Source: the human T2T-CHM13v2.0 reference genome, Homo sapiens
Length of the DNA: 64,000 bases
Direction: 5' to 3' (one strand)
NCBI RefSeq assembly: GCF_009914755.1
Contig: NC_060947.1
Both the position numbers and the translations under genes were made by a program. Below the pieces are notes generated by a model. The model did no database searches and was not told the origin of the DNA. It was given only the letters and a program-made list of their open reading frames with translations. Each line of letters opens with the position of its first letter. Positions within the stretch are counted from its first letter, which is position 1. Of this stretch, positions 15,660 to 33,321 are shown piece after piece.

Positions 15660-16245
15660 CCTGTCCTCCCCTCTCCTACTGCTTCTCTCTCATCCCTTTC
15701 CCTGTCTCTTTCTGTGTCTTCCTTCTCTCTCTCTTTTCTCTGTCTCTCTGTCTCTCTCTCTCTTTCTCCCCTGCTCCCAGTCTCTCTCTCTGTCTCCTTC
15801 CCTCTCAGTCCCTCTCTGTCTCCCTGTCTGCCTCGGTCTCTCTGTCTATGTCCCCCCTCTGTCTCTGTCACTGCCTCTGTCTCTCTGTCTCTGTCCCCTC
15901 TCTGCCTCTCTGTCTCTATCTCTGTCTCTGTCTCTGTCTCTCTCTGTCTCTGTCTCTCTTCTCTGCCTCCGTCTCTCTGCCTCTCTCTGTCTCTCTCTCT
16001 GCCTCTGTCTCTCTCTCTGCTTCTCTCTGTCTCTGCCTCCCTCTCTGTCTCTCTGCTTGTCTCTCTGTCTCTGTCTCCCTCTCTGCCTGTCTCTGTCTGT
16101 CCCTATCTCTGTCACTCTGTCTCTGTCTCCCTGTCTCTCTGTCTCTGCCTCCCTGTCTCTCTGCTTGTCTCTCTGTCTCTGTCTCCCTCTCTGTCTCTCT
16201 GTCTCTCCCTCTCTGTCTCTGCCTCCCTCTCTGTCTCTCTTTTTC
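15660..16245. repeat. CT/CTGT-rich simple repeat
   Basis: (CTCTGT)n-like degenerate tract. Confidence 0.95.
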
Positions 16246-16952
16246 CTGCTGCAATTTCACATTCTCCACGAGTCACTGGCGTCCTGGACTTCCCATGAGA
16301 GAATGTCTGAGGCCGGCAGAATGAAATGCTGGGACGGACACAGCTTCATCCGTGCCTAACGAACAGCTGTCAGCGTCGCGCTGAAATCCTCCCGTGTCCG
16401 TGCCGGCTGCATTTGAGTCCCATCATTTCCTCGAGCAAATATTAAAGAATCAAGATTGCATTGTATCATCGCTGCGTGCCTTTTCTCTGAATGTCTGAGA
16501 TTGTGACTAGAGGCATTTGAATACAAGGATGACTGCTGGCAGAGGGGTACATCACAGGTCATCTCATGATTTGGCAGCATTCAGTCACGTATCCTTGATT
16601 GCTAAGTGACCAGAGGCTGGGCTGGGCTGGCTTTTAAATGGTGGTCATTTTTGAGTTATTACTGGAAGCTGAAGGATTTGGTTTAAATAGGCAGCTGCTT
16701 TAAAATAGATTTGTTTCAGAGAAACCCCAATAGAATTCATTTAACGTTTCCATCAAATGATCATAGTCATTACCCGAATGATTGTAATTCTCCCGGGAAA
16801 GCTGTTCCTTTTTCTTCTGGAAAATCAGAATATACCAAAATGGTCAGTACCTTGCTATTTTCGTGGCAATGACTAAAACCTGGACTGATGTTGCTAACCC
16901 TTTATTTTTCCATGATTACGATTTCCATCATTAGGTACCTGTCTTACCTCCC

Positions 16953-17844
<892 letters not shown>

Positions 17845-17952
17845 TGAAAAGAAAGATGATAGCTAAGAGAGTGTGTTCACGTTGCATTGATTTATATGAT
17901 TCTCATCACCTTGAGTATATATTATCCTGATAAGACAATTATCATAATTCCT

Positions 17953-18810
17953 TGTATTACTATTCTCACACTGCCGTAACAAAATATCAGAGACTGGGAG
18001 GGTTAAACAGCAGACATTGATTCTCCCACAGTCCTGGAGGCTGGAAGTCCGAGATCAAGATGTGAGCTGGGCTGATTCCTCCTGAGGCCGCTCTCCTTGG
18101 CTTGTAGATGACGTCTTCCCCTGTGTCTTCAAAGGGTCGCCCCTTTATGTGTGTCTGTGTCCTCGTCTCCTTTTCTTATGAGGTGTCTTAGTCCATCTCA
18201 GGCTGCTATCACAGAATACCATAGACTGGGTGGCTTAGAAACAACAGACATTGATTCTCCCACAGCCCTGGAGGCTGGACGTCCAAGATCAAGGTGTGGG
18301 CAGGGCTGGTTCCTCCTGAGGACTCTCTCCTGGGCTTGGAGATGCCGTCTTCTCCCTGTGCCCTCACAGGGTCGTCCCTCTGTGTGTGTCTGTGTCCCCA
18401 TCTCCTCTCCTTATGAGATGGCTTAGTCCATCTCAGGCTGCTGTCACAGAATACCAGAGGCTGGGTGGCTTATAAACAGCAGACATTGATTCTCCCACAG
18501 TCCTGGAGGCTGGAAGTCTGAGATCCAGGTGTGGGCAGGGCTGGTTCCTCCTGAGGCCTCTCTCCTGGGCTTGGAGACACCATCTTCTCCCTGTGTCCTC
18601 ACAGGGTCTCCCCTCTGTGTGTGTCTGTGTCCTCATGTCCTCTTCTTATAAGGACCCCAGTCCTATTGGATAAGGGCCCACCCTACTGACCTCATTTTAC
18701 CTTAATCCCCTCTTTAAACACCCCAACTCCAAACACAGTCACATCTTGAGGTCCTGGGGGTCAGGGGTTCAACCTAGGAATTTAGTGAGACACAGTTCCG
18801 TTCATAATAC
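17953..18810 (-). mobile_element. MLT1A-type LTR tandemly amplified into three ~235-bp units
   Basis: AGACATTGATTCTCCCACAG at 18012, 18246 and 18481. Confidence 0.85.
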
Positions 18811-19345
18811 TCATCTTTTCCCGAGAAAGGAAAAACTTCCAAAGATGAAAATGACTTCTGCAAGGACACACAACCCAGGCGGGCCTGGCGTTGAAAGCCA
18901 GGTCCAAGAAGCTGACCAGCTTCAAGGTCAATGACTTCCTCTTGCGCTGGAAAGGATTCCTGTCAAGCCACCTCTTTCCTGAGCAAAGAGCTTGGAAATC
19001 CACATGTGGAAATTGCATTTTTATTACAGACTCTCCACCAGGGTGTAGATGTCCAATGAGAATGCAAAAGCATGGTCTGCCGTTATCATCAATCCAGCCT
19101 CGGCTGTCTTGGAATTCACGCCGTGCCTCTGGGCCACGCATTGGCTTATGTATCCAGCAATTCTTTATGGAATGCCTACTTGAGCTAGGCGCAGGGGCGC
19201 TGAAGGTGACTAAACTAGGTGGTTCAGGGAGACACACTGGGAAGAAAGGGAATGGATTAACCGTAGGTACCCAAGTCATTGAGGTTTCAGCATCTCCTGC
19301 AGAGGAATCAAGGGGACACTGAATGCATAAAAACAGACGATAATC

Positions 19346-19688
19346 GGCCGGGCGTGATGGCTCACGCCTGTCCTCCCGGCACTTTGGGAGGCTGAGGCGG
19401 TCAGTCAGATCACCTGAGGTCAGGAGTTTGAGACCAGCCTGGCCAACATGGTGAAACCCTGTCTCTACCAAAAATACAAATGTCAGCCGGGCGTGGTGGT
19501 GGGCGCCTGTAATCCCACCTACTCGGGAGGCTGAGGCAGGAGAATCGCTTGAACCCTGGAGGCAGAGGTTGTGGTGACTTGAGATAGCCCATTGCACTCC
19601 AGCCTGGCAACAGAGCGAGACTCCGTCTAAAACACAAAACAAAACAAAAACTCACGAAAAAAACAACAAAGAACAAGAACAAAAACAA
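19346..19688 (+). mobile_element. AluS between two copies of an 82-bp duplication
   Basis: Full Alu; GTAGGTACCCAAGTCATTGAGG...GATAAT at 19263-19344 and 19698-19779. Confidence 0.92.
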
Positions 19689-20021
19689 ATGGTAAATGTA
19701 GGTACCCAAGTCATTGAGGTTTCAGCATGTCCTGCAGAGGAATCAGGGAGATCCCAGATGCTTGAAAACAGAGGATAATTAATAAATAGGCTACGTATCA
19801 TGTCCCTGGGCACTCAGCCACAATGCACCTGCTTTCATCTATGCATTGGGTTATCACACCTGACTGTCAGGAGTGCTGGATTGTGGGCTATGAGAATTGA
19901 TCCCCAGCGAGGCACGAGTCAAATCCAACCTCTGACTCATCAACCCTATTCCAGCATGTTCTCACTGAGCCTGATTATGCCAGGTGAGGCCAGAGGGTAG
20001 AGAGAAAAAGGTGAGCCCTTC

Positions 20022-22046
<2,025 letters not shown>

Positions 22047-22080
22047 CTCTTCCTCATTTCTATTGAATTGATTTCTGTAA

Positions 22081-22400
<320 letters not shown>

Positions 22401-22698
22401 CCTATTGGCTTATTTATTTAATTTTGTGCTGACACAGGAAGGCTGCTGGAGATTAAATATTCACTCTCCACTGTGGCTTTGAGGAATATAAAATTTCCGT
22501 TTTCACCCCATTTGCTATTTTCTGCCTTAAATTCACACTTGAATTTGCCTAAGGTCTTTACATATAGAGTGTCCAGTAGGTCATGTACAGTGAAGGTTTG
22601 GTCTTTCACTCAACTGAAGTGTATTCTTATTGTTGTGATTGTTCTTTGAATGGCATACTTTGACACATTTGCAATAACTATGTTAAAAGCATGTTTGG

Positions 22699-23061
<363 letters not shown>

Positions 23062-23289
23062 TCATGAAACTCAATAAATCAGTTTTGAAAGAATTGATCT
23101 TCCTACACTTTTGAATTTTCCAATCTGTCCTATTCATTCGATCTTCATAACTCGGCATTTCCAGTGAGAGCCACTCCAACTTCTGAGCACCCTTCATCTT
23201 GGACTCCCAAAAAGTGCTGACATTACAGGCATAAACCACTGTGCCCGGCCTGAAAATGCTATTTTAGTCAGTAGTATAAATTAAATTAA

Positions 23290-24327
<1,038 letters not shown>

Positions 24328-25484
24328 GACACTGTTTTTGAAAGCATCACACGATGTCTTTTGAAAATGTTTTGGAATCATTTCCTGAGATACTTTTCCC
24401 TCCATCTCATTTTCTTTGGACTGGATGAAATCCTCACCCTCTCTGCAAGATAAATTTGAATTTTTGGCATGAGAAAACCCAGAGGTCTTTCTTTGCGGGG
24501 GGAGTAAATTCTGAAGACTGTTTTGCTCATTGCAATATCAGGAATCAGCTTGCAGACTGCTCCTCACGCCTCTATGCGTGCTCTCCTGGCTCTCCGCAAA
24601 GTCGGCAGCAGAGTGGTATTTGGGCATGGGTCAGCCGACTTATGTAAATATATTACCACTGAGCATTTCATCCATCTGCTAGGATCAGCCCTACCCTTTC
24701 TCAGCACTCTGCGGATTTAGTCTAAAGAGCTTGCAGAACTGCTTGGTATCATCAAGAAGAGCTTGCTCTCCGACAGGAGCCATCTTTATGCTCCAAACCT
24801 GACTGCCTGTAATAACTGGCAGCTTATTGTGTCGAAAAAACCATCCTGAGGCAGGGACTGTGTTCTGAAGATGAGTGGTCTTTGCAGAGCAGGATTTGGT
24901 CAGCCACATGCAAGGATGATGGCGTAGGAAGACGGGAAAGGCTGAAACTCAGTAATACCTAGCTAGAGTTTGGAGTGACCACACTGTCAGCCGGCGAGCT
25001 GTCTAATGATGATTCACCATCTCCCTTTCCCGGAGCTTTGCAGGACGATGGCTTGAGAGCTTTCATAACTCATTTAGCCGTGATGATTAATTTGGAACGA
25101 GGGATAAAGGTTGTCTCAGGCCAAAGATTGCCTGCCTTCCTTCACTGACTCAACCCTGATCCGAGATGGAAAATGTGCATTTTAGGACAACACTAAATTT
25201 TTAATGCTTTTTAATAGCTCTTTGCGAGATTACTCAGGGTGAGCTGGAGCTTTGCAAACAAACGCTTATCCCCGTACACTATGTTTACCTGGCGCAATCG
25301 GATGCCTTTCATTCAGGACTGTCCTTGAAGGTCACTGCCTCTATCCTTTCCAGCAGGGATGAAAAGCAAATCAGATTACAGAAATGGCTGAGCTGCCTTT
25401 GGAGGTAGTTGTAATAGAGGGTTTAGGGTGTGTACCGATGTAAGAGCTTGGGGGTTATTTGCAAGCTACATGGAGCTTGAATGT

Positions 25485-25800
25485 TGTATCAGGATTAGGC
25501 TTGGCTGACACGGAAACCCTAAAACAACAGTGCTTTAAAGCAACAGAAGTTTGTTCCTCTCTTACGTAAAGGTGACCCTGAGGTACACGGTCCAGGGCTG
25601 GCATTGTGCCTTTGTGTCACACAGTCCTCAAAAATAAGGCTCATCTTCTTTCCTTGCTTTCCCTCCCCTAGGTCATATTCTCTTTGTCCTCATGATCCAA
25701 GACGGTAGCTCTCACACTCCAGGAAGCACGTGCAGGAAGGAGAGAAGAGAAAGAGGGAAAAAGGCAAATCACGTATGATTTTGAAAGCAAGTTTCTGGTA
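25485..25800. mobile_element. Old ERVL/MaLR LTR fragment (LTR33/MLT1J-like)
   Basis: CAGGATTAGGCTTGGCTG..AAAACAACAGTGCTTTAAAGCAACAGAAGTTT..GTCCAGGGCTGGC. Confidence 0.5.
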
Positions 25801-25884
25801 TGTGGCAGCAGCAGTGGGTACAGAAAGAAAGAAAAAGGTTTAGCATTTCTAAGGAGTGGGTAGGAGTGGTGTCATTAATTTTAA

Positions 25885-26995
25885 GCTCTGTGGCCTTGGG
25901 AAAGGCTCAACTTCTGTGAACCCAAGTTTTGTCTTCCGTAACATGACGACGATGATGGTGATGGTGATGGTGATGACGATGATGGTGATGATGATGGTAA
26001 TGATGATGGTGATGATGGTGATGGTGATAATAGTGATAGTGAGGATGATGATGCTGCTGATGTAATGATGGTGATGATGATGATGGTGATGATATGATGG
26101 TGATGATGATGATAATGCTGACAGTGATGATGTGATGTGATGATGATAATGGTGATGATGTGATGGTGATGATAGTGATGGTGATGATGGTGATGGTGAG
26201 GATGCTGATGGTGATGACGGTGATGGTGATGATGTGATGGTGATGATAGTGATGGTGATGATGGTGATGATGATGATGGAGATGAGGATGATGGTGATGA
26301 TGGTGATAATGGTGATAATGATGACAGTGATGATGTGATGGTGATGATGATGATAGGGTGAAAATGTGATGATGATGATGGTGATGATATGGTGATGGTG
26401 ATGGTGATGATAGTGATGTATGGTGATGGTGATGGTGATGATAGTGATGGTGATAATGGTGATAATGATGATGGTGATGATGTGATGGTGATGATGATAA
26501 CGGTGATGATGTGATGGTCATGATAATGATGGTGATGATGGTGATGGCAATGATCATGATGATGATAATAGTGGCGATGATGATGGTGATGATGATGGTG
26601 ATAGTGATGATGGTGATGGTGATGACAGTGATGGTGTTGATGGTGATAATGATGGTGATGATGTGATGGTCATGATAATGATGTTGATGATGGTGATAGC
26701 AATGATCATGATGATGATAATAGTGGCAATGATGATGGTGATGATAATGGTGATGGTAGTGATGATGGTGATGATGATGATGCTGATGGAGATAATGGTG
26801 ATGGTGGTGATAATGATGATGATGGTGATGGTGATGACAATGGTGATGGAAATGATGGTGATAGTGATAATGGTGATGGTGGTAATGATGATGATGAGGG
26901 TGGTAATAATGTCACCTGCCCCACAGAACTGTTAGAAGAGACAAATGAGCTAAATTATACAGTTTCTTGAAAATCATAATGTGTTATACAAACAA
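25885..26995 (+). mobile_element. MIR split by the ATG/GTG microsatellite
   Basis: TGTGGCCTTGGGAAAGGCTCAACTTCTGTGAACCCAAGTTTTGTCTTCCGTAACATG | GTAATAATGTCACCTGCCCCACAGAACTGTTAGAAGAGACAAATGAG. Confidence 0.7.
25943..26910. repeat. Degenerate (ATG/GTG)n trinucleotide tract, ~970 bp
   Basis: Direct inspection; source of the poly-M/V and poly-H ORFs. Confidence 0.97.
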
Positions 26996-27344
26996 TAATT
27001 GTTGTTCTAGTGAGCCACTTCTGGTGAAAATCTCTTTTCTCTTGAAGGTTCACATTGCAAAATAACTACTTCAATTAATTAGATAGGGATTATTTATTAT
27101 TTATGCATTTGTTTCTTTGTGTGTATGTACCTGTACAAGTGGATGCATTTGTCTATCAAGACAGATATATGAATAGATACCCATTGGATTTTACAATGGA
27201 GATTTAAAAACACTCTTTAGTAAAGACTAACAATTTTTGTTTTTCCAAACTTTCTCCTCACACTAGATAGGCTTGGTTGCAATTTTATGCCATATCCTTA
27301 TTATTTATTCCATATGCCCATTGCACCTTGGATGTGAAGTAGTC

Positions 27345-27775
27345 ATTTCCGTCTCCCTGGTACTTGGCTCTGTGTCTGACACCTACGAGGTGCTCTGCAA
27401 AAGTGTCGAGTTGAATTAAATTCTGCAATAATGTTAATGAGCCAGATCGAGGTGATGGGTGTGGGAGAGCCGGATATGGCAAGGTGAAAGAGAGAGGGCG
27501 GAAAAATAGAACAAACAACAGAGAAATAAATGAGGTAGAAAAAGGTCACAGCAATAACCTGAGAGAGAGAGAGAGAGAAAAAAGAAGAAGCACAGACAAC
27601 CACATTGGGTCTTTCCTACCCATCCATCTAATTTATCAGCAGGTCCCCAATCTGCCCATGTCTCACCACTGCACCTCTGTCCTCACCCTGGCCCAAGTTG
27701 CAATAATTTCTCCCTGAACAACCAATATAGTTTTTATCTATTCCTCCCATCACCTCCTTCCCCACTATAATCTAG
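27345..27775. mobile_element. L2 fragments
   Basis: CTGTGTCTGACACCTACGAGGTGCTCTGCAAAAGTGTCGAGTTGAATTAAA resembles the L2 3' tail; 27620-27775 resembles L2 body. Confidence 0.5.
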
Positions 27776-28117
27776 GTAAAGTATCTCAACTGGGCTTCTC
27801 CCAGAAACAGACCCTGGGTTAAGGATTGAGTAACGGAAAGGGTAGGGACACTGACCAGGGTAAGGGCTCTGGCCAGGGCAGGGGGTCAGGGGAAGGTTAT
27901 ACAGGGAAGGGCATACACCAATGAGGGGTGAATTATTAAGCCAGCTCTACAGAGGGCACCTAGGACATAATCTTATTGTGATGCTCTGGGAAACAGCATA
28001 AAACACCCACCTGGGAATTATCCTAGCAGAGGGGTGAGGGAGCTGGGGTGTTGATACTCTATATCCATCAGTAACTGGTGGAGAATGTGACTCTCCTGCA
28101 CTTTCAGTTTGGCACTT

Positions 28118-28410
28118 GATATGGTTTGGATTGTGTCCCCACCCAAATGTCATGTCAAATTGTGATTCTCCAGTGATGGAGGAGAGGTCTGGTGGGAGGT
28201 GATTAGATCATGGGGAAAGATTTCTTCCTTGCTCTTCTCATGATAGTGAGTGAGTTCTGATGAGATCTTGTTGTTTAAAAGTGTGTAGCACTTCCCCCTT
28301 TGCTCTCTTCCTCCTGCTCGTGCCATGTAAGACGTGCATGCCTCCCTCCTCTTTGCCTTCTGCCATAATTGTATGTTTCCTGAGGCCTCCCCAGTCATGC
28401 TTACTGTATG
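28118..28410 (+). mobile_element. MST (MaLR) LTR
   Basis: TGATATGGTTTGGATTGTGTCCCCACCCAAAT..GTGAGTGAGTTCT..CCTGAGGCCTCCCCAG. Confidence 0.85.
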
Positions 28411-28755
28411 TGAAGGGATGTGAAGTTGTCATTTAGGACCATGGGCCCAGGCTTGAGGGTGGAGCACTTGCCAAGGACCCCACGCTTTTCTACCCAGTAT
28501 TTCCCTTCCTCCTGTCCATATCACCACGAGCTACATGGAGTTCCCAAGGAGGCAATTCTCCTTAGTGCTTCCCATTCACTTGGTAGTCAGAGCTGTAGTC
28601 ATACAGGCTCAAGCCACTCCCCAGGTTAGTTAATATTGCAAACCATACGTAATAGTATACTTAATCAATATATCAATGGTACAGGTTAAACATTCCACAA
28701 CAAACAAAGCAACATTTACCATCAAGAGAAAGGGAATAGAAAAGAGGGTTAATAA

Positions 28756-29110
<355 letters not shown>

Positions 29111-29449
29111 TCATGGTCTGACATGGTCCTGATGTGGGTGGCCTGTTAACATATGGCAAGAAAGGGTCTTTGATGTGGGCAGAACCTTTGGCATACTCTG
29201 CACAGATAGGTAGAGTATTTTATTGAGTAATGAAAGTGGCTTTCAGCAGGATGGGGAGCTGAAAAGGGGATGAAATGGGAAGATAGTCTTCTCTTGTAGT
29301 TTTATTTGACTTTGTGCCAAGATAAAAGGACAAGGGAGAAAAGCCAGAAAGCAGCACACAGCAGCTTTTGTCTCAGCTTCTGACAACCTCCCAGCAATGC
29401 AGCACTCAGCCAGGATGCAGAGAGCAATGTATAAAGAATTAGACAGCCT

Positions 29450-29833
29450 AACATATATACCATGGAATACTATGCAGCCATAAAAAAGGATGAGTTAATG
29501 TCCTTTGCAGGGACATGTCTGATGCTGGAAACCATCATTCTCAGCAAACTAACACAAGAACAGAAAACCAAACACCACATGTTCTCACTCATGAGTGGGA
29601 GCTGAACAATGAGAACACATGGACACACGGAGGGAACATCACACACTGGGGGCCTGTCAGGGGGTGAGGGGCTAGGGGAGGGAGAGCATTAGGAGAAATA
29701 CCTAAGGTAGATGATGGGTTGATGGATGCAGCAAACCACCATGGCACACACATACCTACGTAACAAACCTGCACGTTCTGCACTGTATACCAGAACTTAA
29801 AGTATAATAATTTTTTAAAAAGTTAAAAAAAAA
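29450..29833 (+). mobile_element. 5'-truncated L1PA 3' end
   Basis: ACCATGGAATACTATGCAGCCATAAAAAAGGATGAG...CAGAACTTAAAGTATAATAA; TSD AAAGAATTAGACA. Confidence 0.95.
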
Positions 29834-30109
29834 AGAATTAGACAACTTATTGAAACACTTCTGCCCTGTCCCCTGCCATGCCTTGCCAAATTTATAGCTT
29901 CCCATTGTGAAGTTTTATCAGCATGAATTTGTAAAGTAATTGAGCAGGGTGCCCCAAAAAGACTTTTGAGAACCTCAAAGTTGTAGTTATTAAAAATTAC
30001 TCAGTCATGTCTGGAAGGAGCCGCCTTCATGCTTATGAATATTTTGGGTGGCATCAGGATTTCTTTAGAAAGGGACTCTTAAATCCTTCTCTATGACTTT
30101 TCTGGGACT

Positions 30110-30700
30110 TTCCTAAAAATCGTGTTCACAAAATGAGTAGTTTCAAACAATAGAGATTCATCCTCTCCCAGTTCTGGAGACCAGGAGTCTGAGATCAAGG
30201 TGTCTCAGGACCACACACCCTCCGGAGGCTCTAAGGAAACCTGCCTCTTCCCACTCCTGGGGGCTCCAGGCATCCCAGGGCTTGTGGCCGCATCACTCCA
30301 GTCTCTGCCTCCACCTCCATGTGGCCTCCTCCTCTGTGTCTGTGTCTCCTCTTCTGTCTTAGAAAGACACCTGTCATTGCATTTAGGGCCCACCCTACTC
30401 CAGGACGATCTCATCTCCAGATCCTTAACTAACTGCATCTGCAAAGACCTTATTTCCAAATACGGTTCCATTCACAGGTTCTGGAGAACAGGACATCAAC
30501 ATATTTTGGGGGTCGCCATTCTTCAGTTCCCTCTGGAGGCTCTAGGGGAGGATACTTCTGCATTCAGGACCCATTCTAACCCAAGATGATCTCATCTCAA
30601 CTAATTCCATCAGCTATGACCCTATTTCCAAATAAGGTCTCATTCTGAGGTTCTGGGTGGATGTCAATTTGGGAGAAATACTCTTCAACCCGCTATACCT
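30110..30700 (-). mobile_element. MLT1 LTR with partial internal duplication (same family as 5925-7010)
   Basis: CTCCTGGGGGCTCCAGGCATCCCAGGGCTTGTGGCCGCATCACTCCAGTCTCTGCCTCC; GATCTCATCTC twice. Confidence 0.82.
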
Positions 30701-30721
30701 TCCAATGCTGACTAACGTCTG

Positions 30722-30850
30722 TATTTAAATAAACTCTGCAATTATCTCAGAAGACTTCCAGAAAGAAACACATGGTGAGTAACATCTATATTTACATAAA
30801 CTCTGCAGTTATCTCAGAAGACTTCCAGAAACACAGGGGGAGCATGACAC
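30722..30850. repeat. ~67-bp tandem duplication
   Basis: ATAAACTCTGCA(A/G)TTATCTCAGAAGACTTCCAGAAA occurs twice. Confidence 0.9.
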
Positions 30851-30885
30851 CAAACCCAGAAGGCTTAAATGAAAACAGGGATTAG

Positions 30886-31192
30886 GCCGGTCGCCGTGGC
30901 TCACGCCTGTCATCCCACCACTTTGGGAGGCCGAGGCAGGTGGATCACCTGAGGTCAGGAGTTCGACACCAGCCTGAACAACATGGCGAAACCCCGTCTC
31001 TACTGAAAATACAAAAATTAGCCAGCTTTGGTGGCATCCGCCTGTAGTCCCAGCTATTCGGGAGGCTGAGGCAGGAGAATTGGTTGAACCCAGGAGGCGG
31101 AGTTTGCAGAGAGCCAAGATCTTGTTACTGCACTCCAGCCTGGGCAACCCAGCAAGACTCCGTCTTAGAAAAAAAACAAAAACAAAAAACAA
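30886..31192 (+). mobile_element. AluS
   Basis: Full Alu. Confidence 0.95.
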
Positions 31193-31816
31193 AGTCACTG
31201 AGTGGATTAGGTGAGTTCATATACGGAATGCATGTGTACAGCAGCTCCAGATGCTCGCCAAGGACTATATACGGGACTGTTGGGACTGCTACCACCACTA
31301 ATACAGCCATTGCTATAGTTACTATTACTTCAACAATTAGTACTACCACCACTGCCAGGACTATTGCTACTACCAGTTCTACTATGCTACTTCTGCAATT
31401 AATGCTCTTACTACAGCTCGTCAACTACCTCATTACTAAAGCCACTGCTAGAACTATTGCTTCCTTTTCTCACGGGGGACTGACTTTCATTTGCAATTCC
31501 CTGAGGCTTCACGCTCAGCAAAGGGTCCCCGCACCGACTCACCTGCTCCGCTTGCATCCCTGGCTCAGGAGCAAATGGCCTCCCAGTGGTCCCAAGTGCA
31601 GCCCCCTCCCTCCTGGGCCTCAGCCTTATGTAGACTCAGGCGAGGGCATTTGAAGAAGGGACCTCAGTTGATTCTCTGTTGCAGGACGCCCAAGACGAAG
31701 AGAGCACAGACATAGCACAACAGCCGGAAATAGCCTTTCATAGCCCCTAAATGTGCAGGGCTGGACACAAGTTAGGAATCTGCTTTTCCACTAAGTAGCT
31801 TGTGGAATGCACCTCT

Positions 31817-33292
31817 GTGTGTGTGTGTGTGTGTGTGTGTCTTCCTGTCTCTTTCTCTCTCTGCCTCTCTCTTCCTCCCTCTTTCTCCCACTCTCTCTTT
31901 CTCCCACTCTCTCTGATTTCCTCTATCCCTCTTCTCTCTCTCCTCCTAGTCTTCCTCTCTCTCAGTCCTCTGCCTCTCTCTCTTCCTGGCTTTCTGTCTC
32001 TCCTCCTCCCTCTCTCTCTTTCTTCCTCCCTCTCTGCCTTTCTTCCTCTCTCTCTCTCCCTTCCTCTCTCTCTTCCTCCCTCCCTCTCTGTCTCTCTCTC
32101 ACTCTCTTCTCTCTCCCTCTTCCTGTTTCTCTTCCTCCCTCTCTCTTCCTCCGTCTCTTCCTCTCTCTCTCCTTCCTTTTCTTCCTCTGTCTCTTCGTCT
32201 CTTTCCTTCTCTTTCTTCCTCTCTTCCTCTCTCTCTCTCCCCCTTCCTCTCTTTCTCCCTCCCTCTCTGTCTCTCTCATTCTCTTCTTCTCTCTTTTGCC
32301 CTTCTTTTCTCTCTTCCTCTGTCTCTTCCTCCCTCTCTCTTCCTCTCTCCCTCTCCTTCCCTCTCTTTCTTCCTCTCTTCCTCTGTCTGTCTCTCCCTCT
32401 TCCTCTCTTCCTTCCTCCCTGTCTCTCTTTCTCTTCTCTCTCCCCCTCTTCCTGCCTCTCTTCCTCTCTCTTCCTCCCTCTTCCTCCCTCTCTTCCTCTC
32501 TCTTCCTCCTTCTCTGTCTTTCTTCCTCTCTTCCTCTCTCTGTCTCTCCCTCTTCCTCTCTCTCTTCCTTCCTCCCTCTCTGTCTCTCTCTCATTCTCTT
32601 CTTCTCTCTCCCCCTCTTCCTGCCTCTCTTCCTCTCTCTTCCTCCCTCTTCCTCCCTCTCTTCCTCTCTCTTCCTCCTTCTCTGTCTTTCTTCCTCTCTT
32701 CCTCTCTCTGTCTGTCTCTCCCTCTTCCTCTCTCTCTTCCTTCCTCCCTCTCTGTCTCTCTCTCATTCTCTTCTTCTCTCTCCCCCTCTTCCTGCCTCTC
32801 TTCCTCTCTCTTCCTCCCTCTCTTCCTTCTTCCCTCTCTGTCTCTCTCTCATTCTCTTCTTCTCTCTCCCCCCTTCCTGCCTCTCTTCCTCTCTCTTCCT
32901 CCTTCTCTGTCTTTCTTCCTCTCTCTGTCTCTGTCTCCCCCTTATTCTCTTTCTTTCTCCTTCTCTGTCTCTCTCTCATTCTCTTCTCTCTCTTCCCCTT
33001 CCTGTCTCTCTTCCTCCCTCTCTCTCCTTCCCTCTCTGCCTTTCTTCCTCTCTCTCTCTCCCTCTTCCTCTCTTTCTCCGTCCCTCTCTCTCTCATTCTC
33101 TTCTTCCCTCTCTTCCCCTTACTGTCTTCTTGTCTGTCTTCCTCCCTCTCTCTTCCTTTATCTTTCTTTCTCCCTTCTTCTCTTCCTTTCTTCCTCTCTT
33201 CCTCTGTCTCTCTCTCCTCCCTCCTCTCTCTTCCTCTCTCTCCTTCTCTCTCTCTCTCTCACACACACACAGACACACACACACACACACAC
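31817..33292. repeat. ~1.4-kb polypyrimidine (CT-rich) tract bracketed by (GT)n and (CA)n
   Basis: Direct inspection; source of the S/L/P and E/R-rich ORFs. Confidence 0.97.
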
Positions 33293-33321
33293 TCCCCAGG
33301 ACTGTATTCACCCATGCTTTT

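Noticed and set aside
18782-19642. 286-aa minus-strand ORF
   Set aside because: N-terminal half is Alu; the remainder has no recognisable domain.
19263-19779. Apparent 82-bp giant target-site duplication around an Alu
   Set aside because: A normal-length degenerate TSD is visible (AAAAACAGACGATAAT before, AAAAACAAATGGTAAAT after), so an older tandem duplication with an Alu at its junction is simpler.
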